DNA of 38,022 nt from Bacteroidota bacterium (GCA_023420435.1 JAEZWE010000084.1:1-38022), one strand, 5' to 3'. Positions 1 through 8,690 are shown, counted from the first letter of the stretch. Notes: generated from the sequence alone by a model not told the origin. Made by a program: numbers and translations.

Positions 1-423
1 GGTTTAGGCGATATTTTCAGCGTAAGAATTGCCGGAAATTTCGTGAATCAGGATATTTTAGGTTCTATGGAATTCGGGTGTAAGGTTGCAGGATCTAAAC
101 TGATCGTGGTCATGGGACACAGCAAATGTGGCGCCTTAAAAGGAGGTTTGGATGCAGATAAAATTGAAAATTTAGGAATGGATAACCTAAACCATTTAAT
201 CTATCATTTCGACGACTGTATAAAAAGTATTATTAAAGAAGGAGAAGAAAGAACCTCTAAAAATGAAGATCTTTTGGAAAGACTGAATGAATGCAATATC
301 CGCAAAACAATTACAGACATCAGAAACCAAAGTTCTACCCTTAGAAATCTTGAAAAAGAAGGCAGCATCAAAATTGTAGGAGCCAATTATAATGTAGAAA
401 GTGGCGTTGTAACCTGGTTATAA
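1..423 (+). CDS. beta-class carbonic anhydrase, 5' end cut by window edge
   Basis: Frame 1 is open from nt 1 (GLGDIFSVRIAGNFVNQDILGS...). The motif VVMGHSKCGALKG carries the HxxC zinc ligands typical of beta-CA. Stop at 421-423. Confidence 0.8.
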   Translation, partial: GLGDIFSVRIAGNFVNQDILGSMEFGCKVAGSKLIVVMGHSKCGALKGGLDADKIENLGMDNLNHLIYHFDDCIKSIIKEGEERTSKNEDLLERLNECNIRKTITDIRNQSSTLRNLEKEGSIKIVGANYNVESGVVTWL

Positions 424-454
424 AATTTTTTCAAATTTCAAATTTAATTTCAAT

Positions 455-491
455 AAAAAAGGAACTGAGATATTTCTTGGTTCCTTTTTTT
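455..491 (+). terminator. rho-independent terminator after the carbonic anhydrase gene
   Basis: aaaaaaggaactgag / loop atattt / cttggttcctttttt: GC core ggaac/gttcc plus wobble pairs, followed by a T-run. It overlaps the TTG at 477, which argues against that start. Confidence 0.55.
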
Positions 492-506
492 CTAAAACAG
501 GATTTC

Positions 507-1166
507 ATGAAGAAGCTTTTTTTACTTTTTATTTTATTTTTTTTGAATCAAAATTTTTCTGCGCAAAAGAACGATTTGGGCAATTGGTTCATTTATTTTT
601 CCGACCATCCCATTAACGAAAAATGGAATTGGTGGACAGAAGCTCAGTTTCGTAATTATGACGTTGGAGACGTTCAACAAGTACTTTTAAGAACAGGAAT
701 TGGGATAAATTTATCTGAAAATAATGATAATCTTTTATTGGGCTACGGTTATATTTATTCTGAAAATTATATTTCTGATACCCAGCAAATCAATAATGTA
801 GAGCATCGAATTTATCAGCAGTACATTCACAAACATAACCTTGGAAAACTCTCTTTGCAACATCGTTTACGCTGGGAAGAAAGAATTATTGAAGATGATT
901 TTAAAATGCGTGGAAGATATTTTCTGAGTTTGAATTACCCTTTAAGCCAAAAAGCTTTTGCCCCGAAAACTTTTTATTTATCTGCTTATAATGAAATTTT
1001 CCTTGTTCCTTACGAAGAAATTTACGACCGAAACCGAATTTACGGTGCTTTAGGATTTGTCGCTGCAAAAAACTTAAAATTAGAATTGGGAATCATGAAC
1101 CAATCCACCAAAAATGCTTCCAGAAATCAATTGCAATTGGTGATTAATCATTCGTTGCCATTTTAG
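507..1166 (+). CDS. secreted/outer-membrane beta-rich protein (DUF2490-like)
   Basis: ATG at 507 gives MKKLFLLFILFFLNQNFSAQ, a signal peptide. The aromatic-rich alternating pattern and C-terminal ...NHSLPF suggest a beta-barrel. DUF2490 assignment is from memory. Confidence 0.6.
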   Translation: MKKLFLLFILFFLNQNFSAQKNDLGNWFIYFSDHPINEKWNWWTEAQFRNYDVGDVQQVLLRTGIGINLSENNDNLLLGYGYIYSENYISDTQQINNVEHRIYQQYIHKHNLGKLSLQHRLRWEERIIEDDFKMRGRYFLSLNYPLSQKAFAPKTFYLSAYNEIFLVPYEEIYDRNRIYGALGFVAAKNLKLELGIMNQSTKNASRNQLQLVINHSLPF

Positions 1167-1170
1167 AAAA

Positions 1171-1737
1171 CTATTTGCCGTTGAAAGCCGTCATTGTATT
1201 CTGAATTCCGGCAAAGACAAAGGAAAGACAAGCCCTGGAAAAAATTTCTATTCTTTCGGAAAGTTTTTCTTTTTCACCCTCATTCCAATTTCCCAAAACA
1301 TAATCCACTTGTTTTCCTTCAGAAAAATCTGCAGAAATCCCGAATCTTAATCTTGGATAATTTTGGGTTTGCAATTCGTTTTGAATGCTTTTCAAACCAT
1401 TGTGACCTGCATCTGAACCTTTCATTTTCATTCTTAAAGTTCCAAAAGGCAAAGCCAAATCATCGGTGATAATCAGTACATTTTCTAAGGGAATATTTTC
1501 TTTTTGAATCCAAAATTTCACTGCTTTTCCCGAGAGATTCATATAAGTATCCGGTTTTAGAATAAAAACTTTTCTGCCTTTATATTTTCCTTCTGCAAGC
1601 CATCCGAAATTGGATGACTGAAATGAAGTTTCCAAAGTTTCTGCCACTTTTTCTGCCACTTTGAAACCAATATTATGACGCGTATTTTCGTATTCTGAAC
1701 CTTTATTTCCTAAACCAACGATGAGGTATTTCATCAA
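1171..1737 (-). CDS. pth: peptidyl-tRNA hydrolase
   Basis: MMKYLIVGLGNKGSEYENTRHNIGF... and ...GSDAGHNGLKSI are the canonical Pth N-terminal and catalytic motifs. Length 188 aa. Confidence 0.95.
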   Translation of the reverse strand: MMKYLIVGLGNKGSEYENTRHNIGFKVAEKVAETLETSFQSSNFGWLAEGKYKGRKVFILKPDTYMNLSGKAVKFWIQKENIPLENVLIITDDLALPFGTLRMKMKGSDAGHNGLKSIQNELQTQNYPRLRFGISADFSEGKQVDYVLGNWNEGEKEKLSERIEIFSRACLSFVFAGIQNTMTAFNGK

Positions 1738-1748
1738 AAAGATTTTTG

Positions 1749-1756
1749 CAAAAATA
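1749..1756 (-). promoter_or_regulatory. Bacteroidota -7 box TATTTTTG for pth
   Basis: Reverse complement of caaaaata; 11 nt upstream of ATG 1737. Confidence 0.4.
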
Positions 1757-1783
1757 AAATTTTGAAATCAAATTTCAAGAGAT

Positions 1784-1818
1784 AAAAAAAAGAGAAACAC
1801 TTTAAGCATTTCTCTTTC
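1784..1818 (-). terminator. rho-independent terminator after lipoprotein gene 1839..2723
   Basis: Minus strand reads aaagagaaa-tgcttaaagtg-tttctcttt followed by ttttttt. Confidence 0.55.
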
Positions 1819-1838
1819 ATTCTTTATTTTAATTTTTT

Positions 1839-2723
1839 TTAGAAAGGTCTGTAATCATAATTGGTTCCAAATCCTGACAAAGGATAGGACTGCGGATCAT
1901 AAGTGTAAGTTGTAGAATATGTTATCGGAATTGGCAAACTAATATTTGACAAACTGATGTCTTTAGGATTATTTTTAGAAAACCAATAACTTCTTATAGG
2001 ATCTGTTAAGGTATTAGAAACAATGTATGAAAAAGGTAATAAATTAAAATATGGATTTTTCATCTGATCATAATTCGAAAAAGTATAGGTATCTTCCTGT
2101 ACAGAAGCTCCAGGAACTCCACCAACAACACCTCCGTAATCCTTAACCACTTTTGAAACATTTGCCTTAGCATCATAAGTAAAGGTTGCTTTCTCATAAG
2201 AAGTATATGCAAAGGTAGTAAGCGGAATTACTTGTCCCGTCATACCAATCACCGTTTCCAATTTATTTGTAGATGAACCGGCATAAGTTACATTATAAAT
2301 GGTTTTAAAAGTTTCAATTGGATCAGGAGTAGTGTTTAAGATATTGTCTTGCTCTGTACGATTTTCTGTAATGGTAACAATTTTTTTTCCTGTTTGATCG
2401 TAAGTAAATAATTGAGTGTATTTAATTTCTGTTCCACTTTCAATACCTACATAAGAAATTTTGTTGATCAATTCCCCACTATAAACAATAGTTGTAACAC
2501 CTTCAGGAGTTATAACGCCAACCAGTTTTCTTCCATTATATTGATATTGTGCTAAAGTGTCAATAGAACTTTCTTCTTGATAAAGAAAACGATCTCCGGT
2601 AATTCCTAATTGGTTAGCATCCAAATCATTCAGCAAATTTCCGTCATGATCTTCCATTCTATCGCAAGAATTAATGGCAAAAACCGTTAGAAGAACCGTA
2701 AACAGATATATTATTTTTTTCAT
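1839..2723 (-). CDS. lipoprotein with YD-repeat-like motifs (paralog 1 of 3)
   Basis: Signal peptide plus lipobox ...VFAINSC. Motifs FTYDQTGKKIV, FTYDAKANVSKV, YTYDPQSYPL and the shared motif NYDQMKNPY. 294 aa. Confidence 0.75.
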   Translation of the reverse strand: MKKIIYLFTVLLTVFAINSCDRMEDHDGNLLNDLDANQLGITGDRFLYQEESSIDTLAQYQYNGRKLVGVITPEGVTTIVYSGELINKISYVGIESGTEIKYTQLFTYDQTGKKIVTITENRTEQDNILNTTPDPIETFKTIYNVTYAGSSTNKLETVIGMTGQVIPLTTFAYTSYEKATFTYDAKANVSKVVKDYGGVVGGVPGASVQEDTYTFSNYDQMKNPYFNLLPFSYIVSNTLTDPIRSYWFSKNNPKDISLSNISLPIPITYSTTYTYDPQSYPLSGFGTNYDYRPF

Positions 2724-2747
2724 TTTAGACGAAATTTTAAATTTTTA

Positions 2748-2755
2748 CAAATATA
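2748..2755 (-). promoter_or_regulatory. -7 box TATATTTG for lipoprotein paralog 1
   Basis: Reverse complement of caaatata; 24 nt upstream of ATG 2723. Confidence 0.45.
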
Positions 2756-2787
2756 AATTTTTTTTTAACAATCTTTTTTTACTGTTT

Positions 2788-3648
2788 TTACTTAATTTCC
2801 TTATAAAGAAATCTTTGCGTTCCGTTGGTGATAACATATCCTTGCTGATCATAAGTGTAAGAATACATGGTTTCCTGTGGTGCCGGTAAAAATGCATTGG
2901 AAAATTTCATAGATTTTGGATTGTTTGGCGATAAACGCACTACTGCTTCCGGATGAAAAGTGGCATAAAGAATATTATAGTCTTTAGGAACCACCAAATA
3001 AGGGTTTAATTTTTCATCAAAAGTTGGAAATTCATAAACATCTGTATAAGTACTAATGACTTGGTTACTGGAATTATAATTTTTGGTGATATGACTCACT
3101 TTTGCAATATTACTTTCTCCGTTATAAACAATATTAGATTCTGTGCTTATGGTATAATTATAAACATTGGGTGTTGTTACTAGCGCTGTTTTTTCAAAAA
3201 TTTTGGTAATTCTTCCTGTTAAATCATAAGTAATTTCACCAAGTCCATGCAAATCGTGTTGTGTTCCTGTATAAGCGTCTTTAATGTAGCTTACCATTTT
3301 TCCTGAACCATCGTGTGTTGGAACGTATTTTATTTTTTTATTGGAGTCGCTAGAATCATCAAAATATTCCAAAGAAGAAATTTTACCTCCGGATTGTTCT
3401 ACCGTAAAACGATGATGTTCCGACATGATGGTTCCGTCATAATCATATTCATCTATTCTATTAATAACTACTGAATTTGCTGTATATTCTTCTTTTAACA
3501 AGAAATTATCTTCCATTTTAAACAAATATCTAGGTCCAGGAAAATCTTGGTAGGTAGAACCATAAACTTCTTCAGGATCTGATGTTGAACATGAATTTAT
3601 AACAAAAGAAACTACAACAACGGAAAGAAGATAGACGAATTTTTTCAT
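2788..3648 (-). CDS. lipoprotein with YD-repeat-like motifs (paralog 2 of 3)
   Basis: Start moved to ATG 3648 (MKKFVYLLSVVVVSFVINSC) because the TTG at 3669 lies inside the predicted -7 box. Motifs YDYDGTIMS, THDGSGKMVS, ITYDLTGRITK, YTYDQQGYVIT, FDEKLNPY. Confidence 0.75.
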   Translation of the reverse strand: MKKFVYLLSVVVVSFVINSCSTSDPEEVYGSTYQDFPGPRYLFKMEDNFLLKEEYTANSVVINRIDEYDYDGTIMSEHHRFTVEQSGGKISSLEYFDDSSDSNKKIKYVPTHDGSGKMVSYIKDAYTGTQHDLHGLGEITYDLTGRITKIFEKTALVTTPNVYNYTISTESNIVYNGESNIAKVSHITKNYNSSNQVISTYTDVYEFPTFDEKLNPYLVVPKDYNILYATFHPEAVVRLSPNNPKSMKFSNAFLPAPQETMYSYTYDQQGYVITNGTQRFLYKEIK

Positions 3649-3666
3649 TTTTTGAATAATTTGAAA

Positions 3667-3674
3667 CAAATTTA
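3667..3674 (-). promoter_or_regulatory. -7 box TAAATTTG for lipoprotein paralog 2
   Basis: Reverse complement of caaattta; 18 nt upstream of ATG 3648. Confidence 0.45.
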
Positions 3675-3705
3675 GTTAATTCTTATTAAAAAGGATTATC
3701 AATAA

Positions 3706-4602
3706 TTAAATTGGATCATAAATAAACTTGTAATAGTTCCCTTGAATCAGATAATTTTGTAAATCATAATTCATTACAAAATTTTGAGTATTTGAAACAG
3801 GAGATCCAGTCAAGTGATGGGTATTAACCATCGTTCCATGATTGTTTTGATTATTAACAATAAATCCAGCACCGCTTAAAATCCCTTGAAGAAAAGCAAA
3901 TTCTTTAGGAAATGTAGTATATGGGTTAATTTTATTATCAAAATTACTTAAATGTACTTCATTATATAATTGCGCATTGGCTACTAAATTTCCAGAAGAA
4001 TCAAGACTTCCTAATTTGGTAACGACATCCGAAATATTTTGTCCTGAATAAGTAAATTCGTCTTGAAAATAATTTGACATTTCATAATTTGAAGTCGTAG
4101 GGATTTGAACTCCAAATTTTTGCAATGCCTTAACCAAGTTTCCGGAAGCATCATAAGTATAGGAACCTAAATATTTTGTTCTCAACCCAAGTTGGCCAGA
4201 GATTATAGTTTCCATAATTCCAGTTGAAGAAATTACTTTTCCCGAGCCATCATAAGTTAAATTAACTGTAAAAATTAAGTTTTCAAATTGTGTTGTACTT
4301 GAAACAGGACTCGTTTCTAAAACCATTTTTGAAATCTTGTTATCACTGTTGTAGGTAATAGAAATATCTGTATTATTTAAAGCACCTTGTGCGTTATATT
4401 GGGTTTGATGTGATCCTGTTAATTTACTTCCAGTATGAAAAAAAGTAGCAATATTAACATCAGCACTATCAACTTTATATAAAATTCTGGGTCCTGTAAT
4501 ATTTTGACCAGTACCATAAACGGCGTTAGGATCCGGCGCAACACAAGAAAATAGAATTAAAACAACTGCGAAAAATGACAAAAAAGGTAAAAGTTTCTTC
4601 AT
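3706..4602 (-). CDS. lipoprotein with YD-repeat-like motifs (paralog 3 of 3)
   Basis: Start moved to ATG 4602 (MKKLLPFLSFFAVVLILFSC). Motifs LTYDGSGKVIS, YTYDASGNLVK, LDSSGNLVA, FDNKINPY, MNYDLQNYLI. Confidence 0.75.
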   Translation of the reverse strand: MKKLLPFLSFFAVVLILFSCVAPDPNAVYGTGQNITGPRILYKVDSADVNIATFFHTGSKLTGSHQTQYNAQGALNNTDISITYNSDNKISKMVLETSPVSSTTQFENLIFTVNLTYDGSGKVISSTGIMETIISGQLGLRTKYLGSYTYDASGNLVKALQKFGVQIPTTSNYEMSNYFQDEFTYSGQNISDVVTKLGSLDSSGNLVANAQLYNEVHLSNFDNKINPYTTFPKEFAFLQGILSGAGFIVNNQNNHGTMVNTHHLTGSPVSNTQNFVMNYDLQNYLIQGNYYKFIYDPI

Positions 4603-4619
4603 ATTATAAATTTTGCAGA

Positions 4620-4627
4620 CAAATCTA
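4620..4627 (-). promoter_or_regulatory. -7 box TAGATTTG for lipoprotein paralog 3
   Basis: Reverse complement of caaatcta; 17 nt upstream of ATG 4602. Confidence 0.45.
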
Positions 4628-4673
4628 ATTATTTTTTGCAATTAGAAAAGTATTTTTTCTAAATCTGATAAAA

Positions 4674-7600
4674 TTACTGCAAAATCATTTCTAAAACTTT
4701 AGAAACCTCATCTACGTTTTTCACATTTTCGATACGCAACATCAATTGGTTATTCTTTTCTTTCATTGTTGCCAAGGCCGGAAATTTCGTAAGGTATCCT
4801 ATAATATGTCTAAACTTTTCACTTTGATAAAATTTATCCTGAGGATTCCCCGGAAAATAGCCTAAGAAAACACCATTTTTCATCACAATTTTTTCAAAAC
4901 CGATGTCTTCTGCTAACCATTTCAACTCTACGGATTTTAGAAGATTTTGCGCTTCCTTAGGTAAATTTCCAAAACGGTCTGCCAATTCATTTTCAAATTT
5001 TTGCAAATGCGGTTTATCCTGAATTTCTGCCAGTTTTTGGTATAAAAGCAATCTTTCTTCGGTGGAATTAATATAGGAATCCGGCAACATCAGTTCAAAA
5101 TCCGTGTCAATATTAACGTCTTTTACGGATTTGAATAATTTCTTTCTATCCTCTTCATTTTCAAATAAATCTTCAAATTCTTCATCGTTTTGTAATTCTT
5201 CTAAAGCTTCCTGCATAATTTTTTGATAGGTTTCAAAGCCCATTTCGTTGATAAATCCGCTTTGTTCGGCGCCCAATAAATCTCCGGCTCCACGAATTTC
5301 CAAATCTTTCATCGCGATATGAAAACCGCTTCCCAAATCCGAAAACTGTTCCACTGCTTCCAAACGTTTTCGCGCGTCAGAAGTAATTAAATCATAACTT
5401 GGAGTTATCAAATAACAAAAAGCTTTTTTATTGCTTCGCCCAACTCTTCCGCGCATTTGGTGAAGATCAGCCATTCCGAATTTTTGAGCGTCGTTTATAA
5501 AAATGGTGTTAGCATTTGGAACATCAACTCCACTTTCTACAATCGTTGTGGAAACCAAAACATCGTATTTCCCTTCCATAAAATCCAAAACATTCTGCTC
5601 CAGTTGTTTTCCGTCCATTTGTCCATGTCCGGTAATTACTCTTGCATCAGGAACCAAACGTTGAATTAATCCGGCAATATCTTTCAAATTTTCGATACGG
5701 TTATTGATAAAATAAACCTGTCCATCTCTTTGAAGTTCATAAGAAACCGCATCCCTAATAATTTCTTCGTCAAAACTAATACTTTGTGTTTCCACAGGTT
5801 GTCGATTTGGTGGAGGCGTTTTGATGACCGATAAGTCTCTTGCCGCCATCAACGAAAATTGTAAAGTTCTCGGAATTGGCGTTGCAGTAAGAGTTAATGT
5901 ATCAATATTATTTTTCAGTGTTTTTAATTTGTCTTTTACATTAACGCCAAATTTGTGTTCTTCATCAATAATTAAAAGTCCCAAATCCTTGAATTCAATA
6001 TCTTTTCCTACCAATTGATGGGTTCCGATAACGATATCTATTTTTCCATTTTTAAGACCTTCTTTGGTTTCCGATTTTTGTTTTGCTGTTCTGAATCTGT
6101 TCAAATAAGAAATATTCACAGGGAAATCTTTCAAACGTTCTTTAAAGCTGCGGTAATGCTGAAAAGCCAAAATTGTTGTGGGAACCAAAACCGCCACTTG
6201 TTTTCCGTCTGTTGCTGCTTTAAAAGCGGCACGAATCGCAACTTCTGTTTTTCCGAAACCAACATCGCCACAAATTAAACGATCCATAATTCCGTCGTTT
6301 TCCATATCCTTTTTCACATCGGCAGTTGCTTTTTCCTGATCTGGAGTGTCTTCATAAATAAAACTGGCCTCCAATTCATTTTGCAAATAAGAATCCGGGG
6401 AAAAAGCGAATCCTTTTGCAGATTTTCTTTGTGAATAAAGCTTTATCAAATCAAATGCGATTTGTTTTACTTTCGCTTTTGTTTTTTGTTTTAAAGATTT
6501 CCAGGCCGGTGAACCTAATTTATTTAGCTGAATTTCTCTTCCTTCCGGACCGGAATATTTTGAAATTTTGTGAAGCGCATGAATGGAAACATACAGCAAA
6601 TCTCCATTTTTATAAGTCAGCTTAAAACTTTCCTGAACAATACCATTGTTGTTAAGTTTTACCAAGCCCATAAATTTTCCGATACCGTGATCAACATGCG
6701 TGATGAAATCGCCAATTTTCAATGACATTAAGTCTTTCAAGGTCAATTGTTCCGATTTTGCGAAGGAATTTTTTGCCTTGAATCTTTGATATCGGTCGAA
6801 AATCTGATGATCAGTATAAACTGCAATTTTATTTTCTGCATCCACAAAACCTTCATGAAGTTCGGATTGGAAAGATTTGAAAAGAATTTTCTGTTGATCC
6901 GATTTCAAATGCTCCAGTTCTGCAAAAATACTTTCGAGTCTTTCTTTTTGTTTTTCTGAGGAGAAGGAAATCCACATTTCAAAATTTTCGGCAGATTTTT
7001 GTTCTAAGTCTTCCAAAAGCATTTCAAAATTTTTGTGAAAGGAAGGCTGAGAAGTTTGATTAAGCTGGACTATTTCTGAATTTTTCAAAGGTTGCAAAGT
7101 AAAATCCAGTATTTTGAAATGTCTAAGATTTTCTATAAATATTTTATCGGAAATAAAAAGTTCCTCCGGTTTTCTGTGCTTGATGTCTTTGCTTAAAGTT
7201 CCATATTTTTCTTCCGCTTTTTCATAAAAATTTTTGAGTTTCTTTTCAGTAAGAAAAGCATTTTCAAAAATCACCAACGTATCTTTGGATAAGATTTCGA
7301 AAAAAGAAACTTTACTTCCCGTTACAGAAAAATTCATATTGGATACCAACTCGAACTGTTCTACTTTTTTAATGGAAAGCTGGGTTTCTATATCAAATTC
7401 TTTGATACTTTCCACTTCATTTCCAAAAAAAGTAATTCGGTAAGGTTTTTCGTTGGAATATGAAAAAACATCCACAATTCCTCCACGAACCGAAAATTCT
7501 CCGGGTTCTGAAACAAAATCTGTAAAATTGAAATTGAATTGGTTCAAAAGCTCTTCTGTAAAATCGAAATCCATTTGATCTCCCGTTTTTATTAAATGAG

Positions 7601-8030
7601 AAATCGCCTTGAAATCTTCTTTTTTCAAAACTTTTTCACTTAATGCCGCTGCATTGCCAACAATAATTTTAGGTTTTTTTTCGTGGTTGAGTTTGTTGAG
7701 AACTTCCGTTCTTAAAACAATATTGGCATTTTGCGTTTTTTCGGTTTGATAGGGTTCCAAATGCGTTTCCGGAAAATAAAAAACATTTTCTTCTCCGATC
7801 ATTTCTTCCAATTCTGAAGTTAAATAATGTGCCGATTCTTTATCTTCTGTAATAAAAAGAAGGTTTTTTTTTTGTGCCAAAAACAATTCTGCCACAAAAA
7901 CTGAAGGCATAGAACCCGCAAATCCCTTTACCGAAACTGAGGGATGTATTTCTAATTTTTTAAAAATTTCTTCTCCAAAATTTCTTTTCAAAAGTTCGGG
8001 AAGTAAGGTTTGGTGAATGTTTTTAAGCAT
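4674..8030 (-). CDS. mfd: transcription-repair coupling factor
   Basis: 1118 aa. Walker A GDVGFGKTEVA, DEEHKFGV box, TATPIPRTL, HQMRGRVGRS, and an upstream CarD/KOW-like segment (GDFITHVDHGIGKF). Confidence 0.97.
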   Translation of the reverse strand: MLKNIHQTLLPELLKRNFGEEIFKKLEIHPSVSVKGFAGSMPSVFVAELFLAQKKNLLFITEDKESAHYLTSELEEMIGEENVFYFPETHLEPYQTEKTQNANIVLRTEVLNKLNHEKKPKIIVGNAAALSEKVLKKEDFKAISHLIKTGDQMDFDFTEELLNQFNFNFTDFVSEPGEFSVRGGIVDVFSYSNEKPYRITFFGNEVESIKEFDIETQLSIKKVEQFELVSNMNFSVTGSKVSFFEILSKDTLVIFENAFLTEKKLKNFYEKAEEKYGTLSKDIKHRKPEELFISDKIFIENLRHFKILDFTLQPLKNSEIVQLNQTSQPSFHKNFEMLLEDLEQKSAENFEMWISFSSEKQKERLESIFAELEHLKSDQQKILFKSFQSELHEGFVDAENKIAVYTDHQIFDRYQRFKAKNSFAKSEQLTLKDLMSLKIGDFITHVDHGIGKFMGLVKLNNNGIVQESFKLTYKNGDLLYVSIHALHKISKYSGPEGREIQLNKLGSPAWKSLKQKTKAKVKQIAFDLIKLYSQRKSAKGFAFSPDSYLQNELEASFIYEDTPDQEKATADVKKDMENDGIMDRLICGDVGFGKTEVAIRAAFKAATDGKQVAVLVPTTILAFQHYRSFKERLKDFPVNISYLNRFRTAKQKSETKEGLKNGKIDIVIGTHQLVGKDIEFKDLGLLIIDEEHKFGVNVKDKLKTLKNNIDTLTLTATPIPRTLQFSLMAARDLSVIKTPPPNRQPVETQSISFDEEIIRDAVSYELQRDGQVYFINNRIENLKDIAGLIQRLVPDARVITGHGQMDGKQLEQNVLDFMEGKYDVLVSTTIVESGVDVPNANTIFINDAQKFGMADLHQMRGRVGRSNKKAFCYLITPSYDLITSDARKRLEAVEQFSDLGSGFHIAMKDLEIRGAGDLLGAEQSGFINEMGFETYQKIMQEALEELQNDEEFEDLFENEEDRKKLFKSVKDVNIDTDFELMLPDSYINSTEERLLLYQKLAEIQDKPHLQKFENELADRFGNLPKEAQNLLKSVELKWLAEDIGFEKIVMKNGVFLGYFPGNPQDKFYQSEKFRHIIGYLTKFPALATMKEKNNQLMLRIENVKNVDEVSKVLEMILQ

Positions 8031-8111
8031 TTTCTCTAAAAATAAATTTTATAATCTCAATATGCCAGAAACGGCAAAAGCGATTCCGGGATTTCCGAAA
8101 TCGTGAGGTTG

Positions 8112-8119
8112 CAAAGATA
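8112..8119 (-). promoter_or_regulatory. candidate -7 box TATCTTTG for mfd
   Basis: Reverse complement of caaagata; 81 nt upstream of ATG 8030. It is the only exact TAnnTTTG in the right orientation in the 195-nt divergent spacer. Confidence 0.3.
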
Positions 8120-8225
8120 GACAAAAGGATTTTCAAAATATTAATGAAGATTTATATGATTCCAATTTTGGCATTAAAGTGCCCCATTTTTGTAAATACT
8201 CACGGAAAATTAAAAAATTTACTTT

Positions 8226-8618
8226 ATGAAAAATTTACTTAAAATCTTAGGATTAGTGTTGATCTCGTTTTCACTTTTAACATTTACTTCTTGTAGTAAA
8301 GACGATGATCCTGCAGACAACGATTTCTTCGTTGGAACGTACAATGGTTCCGTTGGTTATACCGATGGTGGTTCAAACAACATTAGCGATGCCAATGGAA
8401 AAGTGACCGTTACCAAAATTGCAAGCGGAACAAAATACAATTTCAGCTTCTCTAACGGTATTCCTGATTTGAACGGAATTGAATTCGAAAAAACAGGAGA
8501 CAATTCCATGATTAATATTGGATCTGGTGCTAATGCTATTATTACCATTGATAATAATGATCTTGATATCTTTTATACCGATAACGGAAAAGTTTGGACA
8601 GCAAACTGTACAAGATAA
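8226..8618 (+). CDS. small lipoprotein, probably surface-exposed
   Basis: MKNLLKILGLVLISFSLLTFTSC lipobox followed by SKDDD, an acidic patch like the Bacteroidota lipoprotein export signal. 130 aa, beta-rich. Confidence 0.7.
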   Translation: MKNLLKILGLVLISFSLLTFTSCSKDDDPADNDFFVGTYNGSVGYTDGGSNNISDANGKVTVTKIASGTKYNFSFSNGIPDLNGIEFEKTGDNSMINIGSGANAIITIDNNDLDIFYTDNGKVWTANCTR

Positions 8619-8641
8619 TTGCTGAATTTTTTCAGAAAAAC

Positions 8642-8677
8642 AGAACTGTAACTTTTAATAGTTGCAGTTCTTTTTTT
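8642..8677 (+). terminator. rho-independent terminator
   Basis: agaactgtaact / tttaat / agttgcagttct (12-bp stem, one G-U pair) followed by T7. Confidence 0.7.
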
Positions 8678-8678
8678 A

Positions 8679-8686
8679 TACTTTTG
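8679..8686 (+). promoter_or_regulatory. -7 box TACTTTTG, 4 nt before the GH3-family ATG
   Basis: tacttttg-tttt-ATG(8691); it directly abuts the upstream terminator. Confidence 0.5.
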
Positions 8687-8690
8687 TTTT

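Noticed and set aside
477-506. Upstream TTG/GTG starts proposed by the ORF track (477, 3669, 4641, 12318, 15425, 25223, 27277, 35954).
   Set aside because: In each case a downstream ATG yields a canonical signal peptide or a conserved N-terminus. The extension overlaps a terminator hairpin (477) or a -7 promoter box (3669, 12318, 15425, 27277).
4642-4662. Weak A/T hairpin (ttagaaaa-gtat-ttttctaa) downstream of the mfd stop, considered as a terminator.
   Set aside because: The stem is purely A/T with a single G-C pair, and it sits next to the paralog-3 -7 box (4620-4627). It is too weak to call.
8113-8126. 14-nt identical string aaagatagacaaaa upstream of both mfd (8113-8126) and sodA (37933-37946), considered as a shared stress-regulator site.
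   Set aside because: A rough estimate for AT-rich sequence over about 3 kb of intergenic DNA on both strands gives a chance expectation of order 0.1-1. Half of the string is simply the -7 consensus. It is not convincing without conservation data.
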